From NCBI GenBank assembly GCA_029260415.1, contig JAJDDH010000166.1:1-26893 (forward strand): a DNA stretch of 26,893 nucleotides, written 5' to 3'. Position numbers and translations under genes: made by a program. This DNA is from Phycisphaerales bacterium (GTDB taxonomy: Bacteria; Planctomycetota; Phycisphaerae; Phycisphaerales; UBA1924). Shown here one piece after another: positions 24,563 through 26,893 of this stretch; within the stretch, counting starts at the first letter, position 1, and each line of letters opens with the position of its first letter. Under the pieces are notes generated by a model. The model was not told the origin of the DNA. It searched no databases and saw only the letters and a list, made by a program, of their open reading frames with translations.

Positions 24563-25360
24563 ATGTTCCACTCGGGCAACCCCACGCTCAATAACTCGAC
24601 CTTCGACGCCCCCGCCCGCTACGACGACCTGGCCGAGCGGGAGCGGAAGGCGACGACCATGACCGTCATGGGCACGGTCAACGCCACGGCGATCCTGCTG
24701 GGCGTGTGCGCCGGCGTCGCCGTCCTCTGCTGGCACTTCATCGGCAAGAACGCCGGGCTCGTCACCCCGATGTGGATGGGCGGCATGCTCGGCGGCCTTG
24801 TCCTCGCCCTGGTCATCTCCTTCAAGCCCCGGACCGCCCCCTTCCTCGCGCCGATCTACGCGGCCCTCGAGGGCGCCTTCCTCGCGGGCTTCAGCTACTT
24901 CGTCGCGGTCAAGTGGATCCCCCCGCTCGCGGACGGCTCGCCCGACACGGGCATCGTCTTCCAGGCCGTGGGCATCACCTTCGCCATCTTCGCGGGCATG
25001 CTCACGGGCTACTGGACCGGGCTCATCCGCGTCGGGCCCGTCGTCGCCAAGATCATGGTCACGGCGCTCATGGGCCTCGTGCTCTACGCCGTGTCGCTCT
25101 TCGTGCTCAACGGCCTCGTCGGCATGAACCTGCCAAACCTGTACTCGAGCGCCTCGCCCATGGGCATCGGCTTCACCGCCATCTGCCTCGGGCTCGCGTC
25201 GTTGTTCTTGATCCTCGACTTCCAGTTCATCGAGGAGGGCGCCAAGAGCGGCGCCCCCAAGCACATGGAGTGGTACGGCGCCTTCGGCCTGCTCGTCACC
25301 CTCGTCTGGATCTACGTCGAGGTCCTGCGCCTGCTCGCCAAGCTCCGCTCCAGCGACTGA
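24563..25360 (+). CDS. Bax inhibitor-1/YccA family membrane protein
   Basis: AGGAGG SD; about 7 TM segments; APIYAALEG, LASLFLILDF and EWYGAFGLLVTLVWIYVEVLRLL. Confidence 0.9.
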   Translation: MFHSGNPTLNNSTFDAPARYDDLAERERKATTMTVMGTVNATAILLGVCAGVAVLCWHFIGKNAGLVTPMWMGGMLGGLVLALVISFKPRTAPFLAPIYAALEGAFLAGFSYFVAVKWIPPLADGSPDTGIVFQAVGITFAIFAGMLTGYWTGLIRVGPVVAKIMVTALMGLVLYAVSLFVLNGLVGMNLPNLYSSASPMGIGFTAICLGLASLFLILDFQFIEEGAKSGAPKHMEWYGAFGLLVTLVWIYVEVLRLLAKLRSSD

Positions 25361-26464
25361 TCACCAGTCCGAGGGCGTGGGCGTGACGGGGCCCTCGCCC
25401 CGGATGCCGTCGATCTGCAGCAGCTCGAAGCGGGAGTCCACCCCCTCCTGCGCGTCGTTGTCGCTGACGAGGATCAGCAGGCGCCCGTCCTCGCCCACGT
25501 CGTTGCTCAGGCACATGCCCTCGTAGTTGGCCGCGGGCACGCCCAGGTCGCTCAGCGTCGCCAGTCGGTGCTTGATCGCGGGCTTGGTGGGCACGACCGC
25601 CAGCGGGTCAACGCCCGCGACGTTGTCGCTCGTGCGCACGTCCACGTGGTACAGGCGCCCGTCGAACCCGCCCTGCCCGTCCTCGTCACGCTCGAGCGCG
25701 ATCAGGCGCCCCCGCTCCACGGCGATCAGCTCCACCAGCCCCAGCCGCTTCGGGTCGTCGTTCAGTGTCGTCGGGCCGAGCTCGTAGGCGAACTCGCCCG
25801 TGACCATCCGCGTCACCAGGTCGATCTCCAGGATCCGCACGCTCCCCGACCCGGCGTCCTGCATCAGCGGCTCCTCATTCGCGGCGTACGCGAACCGCCC
25901 GTCGGGCGTGACGCCCAGCGCCTCGAACCCCCGGTCGTGCGCGATGCCGTGGCTCTCCGAGGGCGCGAACTTCGAGGGCGTGAGCGCCAACTCCTCGCTC
26001 CCGCTGACCTGGTCATAAAGCAGCAGCGACGTCCCGATGCCCGTCTTGGCGTGCCCCTCGCTCGCCAGCAGGAACTGGCGCGAGAGGTTGGCCTCGCCCA
26101 GCAGACGCATCGACTCAGGGTCGAGCGTGTTGGGGGGGAACTCCTCGCCCGCGCTGTTGAGGAAGAAGTGCTGATCGACCCGACCGAGCGGGCGGAAACG
26201 GGGCTCGCCCGTCTCCGCGTCGGCGCCGAACTCGATGCGCATCAGCCCGTACCGCGGCGCCGCGGTCTCGCCCCGATCGCCAGAGACGACCACGTACCAC
26301 CCGCGCCCGATGGGCTCGATCGCGGAGAGCTCGACAACCGGGATCGACGCGTGCTCGCCCCGCCCCCAGTCGTGGGGCATCGACGCCGAGTCGAGACGCT
26401 TGACGTGCCACTCGGGCCCGCCCAGACACGCGCCCGCCAGAACAACGCTCGCAATCAGACTCAT
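25361..26464 (-). CDS. Exported esterase-like activity of phytase family protein (beta-propeller)
   Basis: Signal-like N-terminus; ELSAI, DPESMR, HDRGFEALGVTPDG, NYEGMCL and LLILVSDND; GGGAGAG SD. Confidence 0.8.
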   Translation of the reverse strand: MSLIASVVLAGACLGGPEWHVKRLDSASMPHDWGRGEHASIPVVELSAIEPIGRGWYVVVSGDRGETAAPRYGLMRIEFGADAETGEPRFRPLGRVDQHFFLNSAGEEFPPNTLDPESMRLLGEANLSRQFLLASEGHAKTGIGTSLLLYDQVSGSEELALTPSKFAPSESHGIAHDRGFEALGVTPDGRFAYAANEEPLMQDAGSGSVRILEIDLVTRMVTGEFAYELGPTTLNDDPKRLGLVELIAVERGRLIALERDEDGQGGFDGRLYHVDVRTSDNVAGVDPLAVVPTKPAIKHRLATLSDLGVPAANYEGMCLSNDVGEDGRLLILVSDNDAQEGVDSRFELLQIDGIRGEGPVTPTPSDW

Positions 26465-26485
26465 GGCTGGACTCTCCCGATCCGC

Positions 26486-26893
26486 TCAGACGTTGAACAG
26501 GAAGTGGCACACGTCCGCGTCGCGCATGACGTACTCCTTGCCCACAACCCGCATCCGCCCGGCCTCCTTGATCGCCTTCTCGCTCTTGAACTCCATCAGG
26601 TCGTCCACTCCGTAGACCTCCACGCGGATGAACCCGCGTTCAAAGTCTGTGTGGATCACCCCCGCGGCCTGTGGGCCCTTGGTCCCCTTGGGGATCGTCC
26701 ACGCCCGGATCTCCTTCGGGCCCGCGGTGTAGTAGCTCTGCAGCCCGAGCAGCTCGTACGCCGACCGGGCCAGCTTGTTGAGTGCGGGCTCGTCCATCCC
26801 CATGTCCGCGAGCATCTCCCGCTTGTCGTCCTCGTCCAGCTCGCTCAGCTCGGACTCGATCTTGGCGCACACCGGGACCATCTGCGAGCCCTC
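26486..26893 (-). CDS. ychF: Redox-regulated ATPase YchF, C-terminal part; truncated by the right window edge
   Basis: Motifs [46 protein letters not shown] and [18 protein letters not shown]; the frame stays open to the window end. Confidence 0.95.
   Translation of the reverse strand, partial: EGSQMVPVCAKIESELSELDEDDKREMLADMGMDEPALNKLARSAYELLGLQSYYTAGPKEIRAWTIPKGTKGPQAAGVIHTDFERGFIRVEVYGVDDLMEFKSEKAIKEAGRMRVVGKEYVMRDADVCHFLFNV

Noticed and set aside
1-26893. Mobile elements, CRISPR arrays, tRNA/rRNA genes, defence systems
   Set aside because: No transposase, integrase or Cas motifs, regular repeat-spacer units, cloverleaf structures or large compositional shifts were seen by eye.

Overview
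High-GC bacterial chromosomal window with about 19 genes, most likely from Planctomycetota (Phycisphaerales-like). The taxon is inferred from three secreted proteins ending in the GC-type dockerin-like tail (...DF[ST]D..AFL..FG.GCP-stop). Left to right: a truncated secreted S8 subtilase; a Rieske-fused FMN glutamate-synthase-family protein; a three-gene c-di-GMP unit (membrane diguanylate cyclase, 709-aa helical/HEAT-like protein, HD-GYP protein); two tandem secreted vanadium-haloperoxidase/PAP2-type paralogues and a choice-of-anchor B protein, all dockerin-tagged; an unknown exported protein; a Kelch-like protein; a MarC protein; aat; two tiny paralogous single-TM proteins with a SHOCT-like tail; an amylo-alpha-1,6-glucosidase; guaB followed by two sulfotransferase paralogues; a BI-1/YccA protein; a phytase-like protein; and the 3' end of ychF. 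I saw no tRNA, rRNA, CRISPR array or mobile element. The best leads are (i) a YGDxHP N-terminal module shared by the HEAT-like protein and its HD-GYP neighbour, (ii) the dockerin-tagged haloperoxidase/choice-of-anchor B cluster, whose haloperoxidase tails carry an extra third Cys, (iii) the tandem SHOCT-like miniprotein pair, and (iv) several genes with a -10 box 5-8 nt before the start codon and no Shine-Dalgarno, suggesting leaderless mRNAs. All family calls come from motifs read by eye; no database search was run.
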